A stretch of 57,272 bases of DNA from Candidatus Spechtbacterales bacterium (GCA_040902285.1 JBBDXP010000015.1:4128-61399), one strand, 5' to 3'; counted from the stretch's first letter, positions 1 through 8,479 are shown. Translations and numbers: made by a program. Notes: generated by a model not told the origin, from the sequence alone.

Positions 1-138
1 AATTATAAAAAGCCTTCTTTTGGAAATTTAAGATTTTTCTTTTCCGAGCGGCGCAGAAAATATTGCGAAGCACTATATTATTACGTAATGTATCTGATTA
101 TGATATAATCTCCTCTGGCACATTTGGGGAGATAACCG

Positions 139-297
139 ATGGAAAAAATACCCATCTACAACGGCAAAGGGGTTTTTCTTTACTATCACATCAAATACAC
201 TCCCGAAGAAATCGCGCAAATTAACGCGAATACCAAACGCCTTATAAAATTAGGCAGCCGCCTTCATCCGCCAAAAAGCAGATCCGATCCCGCATAA
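139..297 (+). CDS. Small hypothetical protein (52 aa, MEKIPIYNGKGVFLYY...SRSDPA), below ORF-track cutoff
   Basis: Hand-translated ORF with extended -10 TGATATAAT (101-109), GGGAG SD upstream and a terminator overlapping the stop. Confidence 0.55.
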   Translation: MEKIPIYNGKGVFLYYHIKYTPEEIAQINANTKRLIKLGSRLHPPKSRSDPA

Positions 298-308
298 GCG
301 GGATTTTT
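287..308 (+). terminator. Rho-independent terminator
   Basis: ATCCCGC-ATAA-GCGGGAT followed by a T run. Confidence 0.7.
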
Positions 309-338
309 ATTAGGAGTCCCGCGTGATAAAATATAAAA

Positions 339-812
339 ATGATTGTAGTTTTGGATAATATAAGAAGCATGCATAATGTCGGTTCTATCTTTAGAACGGC
401 GGACGCTGCGGGAATAGAAAAAATTTATTTATGCGGGATAACTCCAAGCCCTTTGAACGAGTTTAAAAAACCGCGCCAACAGATAACAAAAGTTTCACTT
501 GGCGCTGAAAATAGCGTAAAATGGGAAAAGTACCCGGCCTCGTTTAAAGTATTGGATATTCTAAAAAAGCGGGGATATAAAATTTTCGCGGTGGAACAGC
601 ACAAAAATTCAATTCCTTACTATAAAGTTAAACTGGCGCGCAAACAAAAAGATAAAACGGTTTTGATTCTGGGGCACGAAATAAAAGGTCTTTCTCCGGC
701 AGTATTAAAACGCGCGGACAAGGTACTGGAAATTCCAATGGCAGGACAAAAAGAGTCGTTAAATGTTTCTGTCGCGTTTGGAATAGTAGTTTACGGGCTT
801 ATTTACAATTAA
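339..812 (+). CDS. TrmH/SpoU family RNA methyltransferase
   Basis: VLDNIRSMHNVGSIFRTADA, ILGHE and IPM..ESLNVSVAFGI SPOUT motifs. Confidence 0.93.
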   Translation: MIVVLDNIRSMHNVGSIFRTADAAGIEKIYLCGITPSPLNEFKKPRQQITKVSLGAENSVKWEKYPASFKVLDILKKRGYKIFAVEQHKNSIPYYKVKLARKQKDKTVLILGHEIKGLSPAVLKRADKVLEIPMAGQKESLNVSVAFGIVVYGLIYN

Positions 813-940
813 CACTCGCTTATGCTCGCAACGCAGATTGATACGGATTTTGCTGATTTATGCGGATAAACTCAATTTAAAATATCGGCATAAATCCGCT
901 TAATCAGCAATTATCTGCGTTATAGTGAGCGTAGCGAACA
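813..940. repeat. Imperfect palindromic element built from about 10-bp periodic units
   Basis: Four direct decamers (acgcagattg, atacggattt, tgctgattta, tgcggataaa), an AT spacer, then four inverted decamers (tatcggcata, aatccgcgtt, aatcagcaat, tatctgcgtt); outer arms tcgcttatgctcgc / gtgagcgtagcga. Confidence 0.75.
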
Positions 941-947
941 AAATATT

Positions 948-1166
948 ATGGATGAACAACACCACAAAAAAGTTCGATATGTGTGCGAGGGCACATGTGG
1001 CGCCAACCTTACCGAGGAAGAGTATCAAAACCATCCGACGAAAGTATGCGGAACGGAAGGATGCACCAACAAAGGGCATGAGTTTGCCCGCAAAGAAGCC
1101 AATGAAGGACACGAAAAAGACGCGGTATGCGAGCATTGCGACAACTGTGCAATGTGTAAGGCCTAG
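948..1166 (+). CDS. Small Cys/His-rich putative metal-binding protein
   Basis: 72 aa with CEGTC, CGTEGC and CEHCDNCAMC; lies in line with the neighbouring + genes. Confidence 0.7.
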   Translation: MDEQHHKKVRYVCEGTCGANLTEEEYQNHPTKVCGTEGCTNKGHEFARKEANEGHEKDAVCEHCDNCAMCKA

Positions 1167-1169
1167 TCC

Positions 1170-1439
1170 ATGGAGCATTTAAATATTCGTGTAACGGGCA
1201 GGGTGCAGGGCGTTTTTTATAGGCATTCCGCCCGTAAAAAGGCGGAGGAGCTTGGCATTTTTGGTTTTGCGCGCAACGAGCCGGATGGCTCTGTTTATAT
1301 GGAAGCGGAAGGAAGTCAAAACGCGCTTGCCGGATTTGTCGAATGGGCCAAGCGGGGACCCATGCTTGCCAGAGTGGATAATATAAAAACAGAGGAAGGA
1401 AAACTAAAAAATTTTTCTGATTTTAAAATAGAGCATTAA
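1170..1439 (+). CDS. acyP: Acylphosphatase
   Basis: VTGRVQGVFYR and GFARNEPDGSV motifs. Confidence 0.95.
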   Translation: MEHLNIRVTGRVQGVFYRHSARKKAEELGIFGFARNEPDGSVYMEAEGSQNALAGFVEWAKRGPMLARVDNIKTEEGKLKNFSDFKIEH

Positions 1440-1444
1440 CCAGA

Positions 1445-1750
1445 ATGGAAAAATATATTATAACCCGCCACGCCCAGTATAAAATGAGATACTACAGAAT
1501 TTCTGTGTCTTTGGTAAAGCGAATTATTAGACACCCGGTAAGAGTGGAAGAAAGCGTGGTACCCGAAACCGTGGCGTGCATGGTAGTTGCCCCGACAAAA
1601 AGACATACCGAGGTTTGGGTAATTTACACTACAACAAAAGAAAAACAGATAAAGATAATAACCGCATGGAGATACCCGGCTAAAAGTCCGGAACGAAACC
1701 CTATTCCAGCGGAAATATTGGAAGAAGCGAGAAGTGTTTTAAGAATGTGA
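1445..1750 (+). CDS. DUF4258-like hypothetical protein
   Basis: ITRHAQYKM...IKIITAW pattern. Confidence 0.6.
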   Translation: MEKYIITRHAQYKMRYYRISVSLVKRIIRHPVRVEESVVPETVACMVVAPTKRHTEVWVIYTTTKEKQIKIITAWRYPAKSPERNPIPAEILEEARSVLRM

Positions 1751-1770
1751 TATGGGAAAATTCTTCTTTT

Positions 1771-1809
1771 AAAAAAGAGCCCCCTCACATACGCGCATGT
1801 AAGGGGCCC
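1771..1809 (-). terminator. Terminator downstream of the DGR-target-like gene
   Basis: Minus strand CCCCTTACAT-GCGCGT-ATGTGAGGGG then GCTCTTTTTT. Confidence 0.65.
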
Positions 1810-1827
1810 AAGTCCTCAGGGGACCGA

Positions 1828-1866
1828 GGTTCACCCCGTTAGAGGTAAACCTCTAACGGGGTTCAC
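1828..1866. repeat. Palindromic mini-element flanked by GGTTCAC direct repeats
   Basis: Perfect 13-bp stem ACCCCGTTAGAGG-TAAA-CCTCTAACGGGGT; GGTTCAC at 1828-1834 and 1860-1866. Confidence 0.8.
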
Positions 1867-2674
1867 TTCCGAGCGGACGCCACCCCGAGGCAGTCGTCGC
1901 GGTCGTCGACCCAGTAGCGGGCGACGCCGAGACCCTGCTCGTCGCTTATATAGAAATATTGCAATTTTCAGAGAAGTCACCGACGCTGACGTGGTAGCCG
2001 CCCGAGTCCACGGACGAGGTCCTCACGTAGACGTGGGGGACAAGGCGGATGCCTCGAACCTTGGCGTATGCGGTGAAGAACCACGTGGCCTCTGCGACGT
2101 TGGGAACGCGCTCGTTGTCGCTGAGCTGGTCCTGCTGCTCGCTCCACGTCTTGCGAGTGGAGTTGGGTACAGGGTCCTTGCGAATAACGAGCCACGTCGT
2201 GCCAACAGTGTCGGAGCGAGCGAACTTCTGACGTTTGTCCGCGAACCACGGGTCGTTCTTCTCGAAGAACAGATCCGTGTTGAGTTCGTGGATGTCCAGA
2301 AGGTTCATCTCGCTTGGCGGGCCTGCTACGACGGCGAAGCCGTTGTCGCGTGCCCACTGCAGGACTTCCTTTTCGGGAAGCGTTGAGGTCAAGCTCGCAA
2401 GCTGTGCCTCGGTGTAGCTGACGCCGATCGCCTCTGCGATTTCCTGTGGACTGATGAAGTCATCGCCCAGGATGTCGCGAGCCCGCTGGTAGCTCGACGT
2501 GGTGCCCGAACTGCCAGTGAGCGTGTTGGCGAACTGAACGAGCTGAGCTCGCGCAGATCGGTCGTTGACTAATGTTTTGAGCGCTTCGTCATTGAGACCC
2601 TCTTCCGCAAGCAAGCGAAAAAGTGTTGCCTCAAATTCAGATGCTCTGGCAAGACCTGCGATAGTGATAGCCAT
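1863..2674 (-). pseudogene. DGR target-like (CLec/FGE-type C-terminus) gene disrupted by a 29-bp insertion at 1944-1972
   Basis: AGGAGG SD before ATG 2674. Removing 1944-1972 leaves 783 bp in one frame ending ...VSVGDF-DEQGLGVARYWVDDRDDCLGVASARK-TGA. GC clearly higher than flanks; homologous to 43031-43690. Confidence 0.8.
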
Positions 2675-2807
2675 CACGTGCCTCCTTCCGTTTAATGAGC
2701 TTTCCAAAGAAAACCGCCTTGGATTCGGTACAAAGACAATACCATAATTGTAAGTTTTGTAAAGGTCTTATGGTTTAGCACAAAATCCCGAATACCAGGT
2801 ACTTAAA

Positions 2808-2840
2808 CTAAAAGACCGCCTTGTTCGGGCGGTCTTTTAG
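2808..2840. terminator. Bidirectional-type terminator at the greA stop
   Basis: CTAAAAGACCGCC-TTGTTCG-GGCGGTCTTTTAG. Confidence 0.75.
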
Positions 2841-3298
2841 TTTACTTCCAGTATTTTGTATTTTCTTTTTCCAGAGGGGATTTCTATTTCTACTTCATCG
2901 TCTTTTTTACGGCTCATAAAAGCCCTGCCAAGCGGAGAATCGTAAGACAGCTTGCCTTCGGCGGGGTCTGCTTCCTCCCGTCCTGTTATTGTAAAGCTTT
3001 TTTCGGCGCCGTCGGGACTTTTTACTTTTATAGCCGAGCCGATCCTTACCGCGCTTCCTTTTTGCGCGCTTTCTTCTATTATTTCGGCGTCGTTTAAAAT
3101 TCTTTTTATTTCCGAAATCCTTCCTTCCATGCGGCTTTGCTGTTCTTTTGCTTCTTCGTACGCGGCATTTTCAGACAAGTCACCCTGGGCTATGGCCTCT
3201 TCAAGACGCTTGGCCACCTTGGGCCTTTCTTTTTGTTCAAGCTCTTCAAGTTCGGCGGTTAGCTTGTTGAATCCTTCTTTTGTTAGTTTTTCTGCCAT
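2837..3298 (-). CDS. greA: Transcription elongation factor GreA
   Basis: QGDLSENAAYEEAK and SYDSPLGRAF motifs. Confidence 0.96.
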   Translation of the reverse strand: MAEKLTKEGFNKLTAELEELEQKERPKVAKRLEEAIAQGDLSENAAYEEAKEQQSRMEGRISEIKRILNDAEIIEESAQKGSAVRIGSAIKVKSPDGAEKSFTITGREEADPAEGKLSYDSPLGRAFMSRKKDDEVEIEIPSGKRKYKILEVN

Positions 3299-3373
3299 AA
3301 GAAATTTGTATCATATTTTTAATATTTTTAAAAGATGGTACAATAAAAATAAATAAGTAAAAAATAACTTAGT

Positions 3374-3613
3374 ATGGAAAAACAAGTAACTATATATTCA
3401 ACACCCACATGTCACTATTGCCACATGGCGAAAGAATTTTTTAAAGAACATAATGTGGAATATGCCGATAAGGATGTAACGCAGGACATGAAAGTGCGTG
3501 AAGAAATGGTAGAAAAATCAGGACAACTGGGAGTACCCGTTATAGAGATAGGGGACCAAGTGCTTATCGGCTTTGATAAGGACGCTTTAATGGAACTGTT
3601 GGAAATAAAATAG
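3374..3613 (+). CDS. Glutaredoxin/NrdH-like redoxin
   Basis: IYSTPTCHYCHMAK and GVPVI. Confidence 0.92.
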   Translation: MEKQVTIYSTPTCHYCHMAKEFFKEHNVEYADKDVTQDMKVREEMVEKSGQLGVPVIEIGDQVLIGFDKDALMELLEIK

Positions 3614-3618
3614 TTCTT

Positions 3619-4071
3619 ATGAAGTTTAAGAGTATTATTTACAAAATTATAGATGCGGGAGATGTTTGGGCGCACTGCGATTTGTTTTGCGGAGTGTATG
3701 ACCCGGCACAGGCGCGGATAGAGGCTCAGTCGGTATACAATGCCATGAAAATATACCACATGGCCAAGGATGATGTTTCAAGACAGCGGGCCGTTTTAAT
3801 AAAAGAACAGCGGGCCGAGCTTGTTAAGCACCATTTGTGGGTTCTTTGGACGGATTATTTTAAACCCGAACACGCCGAAAAGCACAAAGACCTGCACGAT
3901 TTATTTTGGCAGGCAACAAAGGTGGCTGGGGACGCCAAAAAGACGGTTGAACCCGAAGTTGGACAAAAGTTGATAGATTTAATTGATAAGATAGGAAATA
4001 TATTTGCCGAAACAAAAGAAGGATATCAATACAAGCCCATAGCCGATAATATGTCCGCTCAGGCAAAATAA
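3619..4071 (+). CDS. sodN: Nickel superoxide dismutase precursor
   Basis: Leader followed by Ni-hook HCDLFCGVYDPAQA; VKHHLWVLWTDYFK. Confidence 0.93.
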   Translation: MKFKSIIYKIIDAGDVWAHCDLFCGVYDPAQARIEAQSVYNAMKIYHMAKDDVSRQRAVLIKEQRAELVKHHLWVLWTDYFKPEHAEKHKDLHDLFWQATKVAGDAKKTVEPEVGQKLIDLIDKIGNIFAETKEGYQYKPIADNMSAQAK

Positions 4072-4082
4072 ATTCCAAATAC

Positions 4083-4385
4083 ATGGCATTTAAATTTTCA
4101 CCAATTTTCAGATTTAGAGTACAGGGCACCAGTATGGAACCTACTTTTCGCCCCGGCTCGCATGTTTTGGTCAGCAGATTGGCATATGTTCTTGTTGACC
4201 CGGAGGTGGATGAATTGGTGGTTGTGAAACACCCCAAAGATAGCACGCCCATGATAAAAAGAATAAAAGAAATTTCAGGGAAAGATTATTTTGTTGTGGG
4301 AGATAATTTAGAACAAAGTACGGACAGCAGACATTTCGGCCCAATAAAAAAAGAACACATTGTGGGCAGAGTGATAGAGATTTAA
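4083..4385 (+). CDS. sodX: NiSOD maturation protease (S26 family)
   Basis: GTSMEP, IKRI and GDN..STDSRHFGPI motifs; directly after sodN. Confidence 0.9.
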   Translation: MAFKFSPIFRFRVQGTSMEPTFRPGSHVLVSRLAYVLVDPEVDELVVVKHPKDSTPMIKRIKEISGKDYFVVGDNLEQSTDSRHFGPIKKEHIVGRVIEI

Positions 4386-4487
4386 GAGCCGTCAGTCGTG
4401 GGTCATAAGCAATACGCTGTAATACAGACAGCCACGCACGGCTGTTTTTTCTTGAAAAATTAGCGTTTTGGGCTTAGAATAATAGCT

Positions 4488-5258
4488 ATGGAAATTAAAA
4501 CCATTGATGTTTTGGATCTTAAAGTTTCTTATAGTGATATGGGAAACGGAAAAAACATACTTATCCTGCACGGATGGGGTGCAAGCCATGAATCATGGCT
4601 TGAAGTGCAAAAAGACCTAGCTGAAAGGGGCTTTAGGGTAATAGTTCCTGATTTGCCGGGTTTCGGCAGTTCTGAAGAACCAAAAAGCCCGTGGGGACTG
4701 AAAGATTATTCGGAATTTGTGCATGAATTTTCAAGAGTAACGGGCTTAGATAAATTCGCGCTTGCCGGCCATTCCTTCGGCGGGCGCGTAGCAATAGATT
4801 ACTCTGTAAGATACCCGAAAGATTTTAGATATCTTGTTCTTATATCCGCGGCCGGCATAGTCAGGCATAAAAAAGCAAAAATTAACGGTATACTTGCTTT
4901 TACAAAAGCGGGCGGTTTTATGTTTTCTCTTCCTATACTTTCCTTTACACGGCCGATAGTGGAAAAAGTATGGTATAAAATATCGGGATTGCATGATTAT
5001 CCCAGAGCATCTAAAATGATGAAGGCCATAATGCAGAGGGTCTTAAATGAAGAACTAAGAAGCCATTTGCCGAATATTCTCATGCCCACCCTTATACTGT
5101 GGGGGGAGAAGGACCTTGCAACACCTCTTTCGGACGGAATAATAATACACGAAAATGTGCCCACAAGTTATTTGCATGTTTTTAAAGGAATGCCTCATGC
5201 TATCAACTTAAAAAACCCCCATGGGGTTGCCGAAAAAATGGCTGAATTTTTAGCATAG
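4488..5258 (+). CDS. Alpha/beta hydrolase
   Basis: LHGWG, PDLPGFG, GHSFGG nucleophile elbow, WGEKD and His motif. Confidence 0.92.
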   Translation: MEIKTIDVLDLKVSYSDMGNGKNILILHGWGASHESWLEVQKDLAERGFRVIVPDLPGFGSSEEPKSPWGLKDYSEFVHEFSRVTGLDKFALAGHSFGGRVAIDYSVRYPKDFRYLVLISAAGIVRHKKAKINGILAFTKAGGFMFSLPILSFTRPIVEKVWYKISGLHDYPRASKMMKAIMQRVLNEELRSHLPNILMPTLILWGEKDLATPLSDGIIIHENVPTSYLHVFKGMPHAINLKNPHGVAEKMAEFLA

Positions 5259-5276
5259 GAGTGTGAGATACGAACA

Positions 5277-6896
5277 ATGACAACGCTTTTACTTTTAATA
5301 ACATTTGTTTTTTGGTCAGCCGTTATAATAAAAAACGGTCTTTTTTGGATTTATTTGTGGCAAGTAAAGGAATACCGGTTTGACAGAGTTAAGGTCCACT
5401 TTGAACTTACTTCGTCGCGCAAGTTGGTATTCAGCAGGCAAAATCTTTTTCTTTTGCTTCTTTTGCTGGCCTCTTTCACGCCATTTACCATACCCGTTAT
5501 CTTGGTTGCCGCAGCCTATTACGGTTTTTTTGCCAGCAGAGCTTTTCAACATTTGCAGAACAATAGCTTGAAGGCACCCAAGTTTACATTTCGCGCTATT
5601 TTGGTGACAGCCACTGTGCTTTTTGTGTACGGCGCGGGCACAACAGCAATATTTGTATGGTCATTTGACAATATATTAATATGGTTTGTGGCGGCTGATT
5701 TGGTGGTACCGGTTGTGGTTTTTGCAAGCGTACTTGCGACACAGCCGTTTTTTACATTCTTAAAAAACAGAATTATAAAACGAGCGATAAAGAAGCGAGA
5801 AAAAATGAAGGATCTGCTTGTAATTGGAATTACCGGAAGTTACGGAAAAACGAGCATGAAAGAGTTGTTATCGGATATTCTGTCCAAAAAATTCAAGGTT
5901 TTAAAAACTCCCGAAAACATAAATGTCGATATTGGTGTGGCAAGGGTGATTTTAAAACAGCTTAAAGAGGACCACGAAGTTTTTATAGTTGAAATGGGAG
6001 CGTACAAAAAAGGAGAAATAGAAAAAACCGCAAAAGTTGCTAAGCCCCAGATAAGTATTCTTACCGGTATAAATATGCAACATGTTTCTCTTTTTGGGAA
6101 TTTAGCCAACACGCAACAGGCCAAGTATGAACTTGTCGAGGCCTTGCCGGATAAGGGATTAGCTCTTTTTAACGGCGATGATGAAAACACCCGGGCTCTT
6201 TTCCGCCAATGCAAAAATCCAAAGCGTTTGTATGCCACCAACACTTTAGTCGATAAAAGCCCCCAAAGTGTAATGCTGAACCATATTAAAGTTAGCCCGG
6301 AAGGTCTTGAACTTAAGGTTGCCGAAGAAGGCAAAGAAATTGTTTTAAAAACACCTCTTTTGGGCAAGCATAATGCCACAAATATAATGGGAGCCGTTAC
6401 GCTGGCCAGAGAATTGCGAGTAGAATGGAGGCACATAAAGGAGGCGCTGGAAGAAACACAGGCCCGTACGCGCATGCTTCAACTGAAAAAAGGGATAAAA
6501 GAGTCCATTATTATAGACGATACTTATTCCGCTAATGAAAACGGAGTTCTGGCGGCTCTCGATGTTTTAAACAGAATGAAGGGGCGCAGGAAAATATGCG
6601 TAATACAACCGTTAATAGAATTAGGACCCTCCGCCGAAAAAGTACACAGAAGTATCGCGGCATCAATTGCGCAAGTTTGCGATTTTTGTATTGTGACAGG
6701 AAGAGATTTTTATTCTGCGATGTGCCAAGAAGCTATGGATAACGGCATGAGCAAGGATGCTATTTTTTGCCTGCCCAATCCCCACGACGCTTTGAGGAAA
6801 ACGCAAGAACTTACGGACAAGGGAGATATAATTTTATTGGAAAACCGCATACCCGAAAGAATAGTTGAAGGAGTAATTGTCCATAAAAATAAATGA
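5277..6896 (+). CDS. MurF-like Mur ligase with N-terminal transmembrane region
   Basis: About 160 hydrophobic N-terminal residues; ITGSYGKTSMKE P-loop, VEMGAY, IDDTYSAN, LIELG. Confidence 0.85.
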   Translation: MTTLLLLITFVFWSAVIIKNGLFWIYLWQVKEYRFDRVKVHFELTSSRKLVFSRQNLFLLLLLLASFTPFTIPVILVAAAYYGFFASRAFQHLQNNSLKAPKFTFRAILVTATVLFVYGAGTTAIFVWSFDNILIWFVAADLVVPVVVFASVLATQPFFTFLKNRIIKRAIKKREKMKDLLVIGITGSYGKTSMKELLSDILSKKFKVLKTPENINVDIGVARVILKQLKEDHEVFIVEMGAYKKGEIEKTAKVAKPQISILTGINMQHVSLFGNLANTQQAKYELVEALPDKGLALFNGDDENTRALFRQCKNPKRLYATNTLVDKSPQSVMLNHIKVSPEGLELKVAEEGKEIVLKTPLLGKHNATNIMGAVTLARELRVEWRHIKEALEETQARTRMLQLKKGIKESIIIDDTYSANENGVLAALDVLNRMKGRRKICVIQPLIELGPSAEKVHRSIAASIAQVCDFCIVTGRDFYSAMCQEAMDNGMSKDAIFCLPNPHDALRKTQELTDKGDIILLENRIPERIVEGVIVHKNK

Positions 6897-8110
6897 TTCA
6901 TATTTCGTTATCGCCAAATGTACAAAAGGACGATGTGTTTGCGGCAATTTCCCGATTGGTAATGTTTTGGAAATGGAACGAAAATAAATACACGGAGAAG
7001 CTTAAAAAAAGATTCGCGGAATATTTTGGCAGGGAAAATACATATCTTACCAACAGCGGCAGAAGCGCTCTTTATCTGTTTTTAAAATCTCTGGGCTTAC
7101 AAGAAGAAGATGAAATAATAATACAGGCCTTTACATGCAATGCGGTAGCAAACCCCATTATATGGGCCGGGGCGAAACCCGTTTACGCCGATATAAACAA
7201 TTCCTATAATATAGACCCTGCAAAATTAGAGGAAAAAATAACCCCGAACACAAAGGCGGTAATAATACAAAACACTTTTGGAATTCCGGCGAATATAAAC
7301 GAAATATTGGCTATAGCCCGACAGAATGACCTGCTTGTTATAGAAGATTGCGCGCATTCTCTCGGGGCAACATATCGGGGGCGCGCAATCGGCACATTTG
7401 GAGATGTTGCCTTTTTTAGTTTTGGAAGGGACAAGGTTATATCATCTGTTTACGGAGGGGTGTTGGTTGTAAATAATCCCGATTTAAATGAAAAAGTCGC
7501 AGATGAGTACGCTCAAATCAAGACCCCGTCCGCGTTCTGGGCGTTTCAGCAGTTGTTCCATGTTCCGGCGACATATTTGGCTCTTTTAACTTATAAATCC
7601 GTTGGGAAATATATCTTGTGGGCGCTACAAAAATTAAAACTTCTATCTTTGGCGGTAACGCATGAAGAAAGAAACGGCGATATGCCCCGATATTTTCCCG
7701 CGCGGCTGCCGGAACCCTTGGCCTATTTGGTATTAAGGCAATTTAACAAGCTGGAAAAAATGAACAGACACAGAAAAGAATTGGCCAAAATTTACGAAAA
7801 CGCTTTGAAGGATAATTCTGATTTTAAAATCGTAGAAAACTATGATGAAGGCGCGGTCTTTCTTCGATATCCCGTTCAACATAGAAACGCGGAGAGTATA
7901 ATTAAAAAAGCCAAGGACAAAGGTATCATTCTGGGGAATTGGTACAGAGAAATTATCGCGCCCGTAGGCACTGATACCGATAAAATGAATTATAAGGCGG
8001 GTAGTTGTCCGAATGCCGAAGGATTCGCAAATGATGTAATTAATCTGCCTACAAACATAAGAACAAGTGCGAGAGACGCTAAAAAAATAGTTGGTTTTTT
8101 GATAAAATAA
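6893..8110 (+). CDS. DegT/DnrJ/EryC1/StrS PLP-dependent aminotransferase
   Basis: TNSGRSAL, VIEDCAHSLGA and FFSFGRDK (PLP lysine). Confidence 0.9.
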   Translation: MIHISLSPNVQKDDVFAAISRLVMFWKWNENKYTEKLKKRFAEYFGRENTYLTNSGRSALYLFLKSLGLQEEDEIIIQAFTCNAVANPIIWAGAKPVYADINNSYNIDPAKLEEKITPNTKAVIIQNTFGIPANINEILAIARQNDLLVIEDCAHSLGATYRGRAIGTFGDVAFFSFGRDKVISSVYGGVLVVNNPDLNEKVADEYAQIKTPSAFWAFQQLFHVPATYLALLTYKSVGKYILWALQKLKLLSLAVTHEERNGDMPRYFPARLPEPLAYLVLRQFNKLEKMNRHRKELAKIYENALKDNSDFKIVENYDEGAVFLRYPVQHRNAESIIKKAKDKGIILGNWYREIIAPVGTDTDKMNYKAGSCPNAEGFANDVINLPTNIRTSARDAKKIVGFLIK

Positions 8111-8133
8111 AAGAGGGCGTGTTACGCCCTCTT
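8108..8133. terminator. Terminator between convergent genes
   Basis: AAAGAGGGCGT-GTT-ACGCCCTCTT. Confidence 0.7.
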
Positions 8134-8137
8134 GGGG

Positions 8138-8419
8138 TCAGAGCAGACCACCACCACCGCGGGGGAGTCTGTATTCTTGCACGCCAGGTCCGTCCTCTCC
8201 TGCGGAGTCCATGCGTCTGCTTTCTCTCCGACGATCTTCTATAACATCCTCAACTAAAAGACCCAGCATGTAGATTACTATGAGTGTTAGCACAGATATC
8301 ACGACAACGCCCAGCGCGGCTGCCACAGGGATTTGCCATTGCAGAGAGATTGCCAAGACAGCCACGGCTCCGAGAGCAATAGGTACCAGTCCGTATCCAA
8401 ACCGTACCAGATGTACCAT
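8138..8419 (-). CDS. Orphan small membrane protein, GC-richer than flanks (upstream ATG at 8479 possible)
   Basis: Two hydrophobic helices; GAGG SD before ATG 8419; inverted inside the degT-femX run. Confidence 0.6.
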   Translation of the reverse strand: MVHLVRFGYGLVPIALGAVAVLAISLQWQIPVAAALGVVVISVLTLIVIYMLGLLVEDVIEDRRRESRRMDSAGEDGPGVQEYRLPRGGGGLL

Positions 8420-8479
8420 TTCCGTTTCCTCTTGTTGCGGAATTAAGAACCAGGTAAATACTAACATAATAATGTTCAA

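Noticed and set aside
42-51. 10-mer TTCCGAGCGG shared with 1867-1876
   Set aside because: Too short; expected by chance and the flanks do not extend.
1977-2417. Several overlapping ORFs of 60-131 aa on both strands
   Set aside because: Shadow frames of a GC-rich gene; no motifs or start signals.
1946-2707. ORF-track 253-aa protein ending SENCNISI*
   Set aside because: The stop comes from the 29-bp insert and the start is better placed at 2674 (SD); re-annotated as the disrupted gene 1863-2674.
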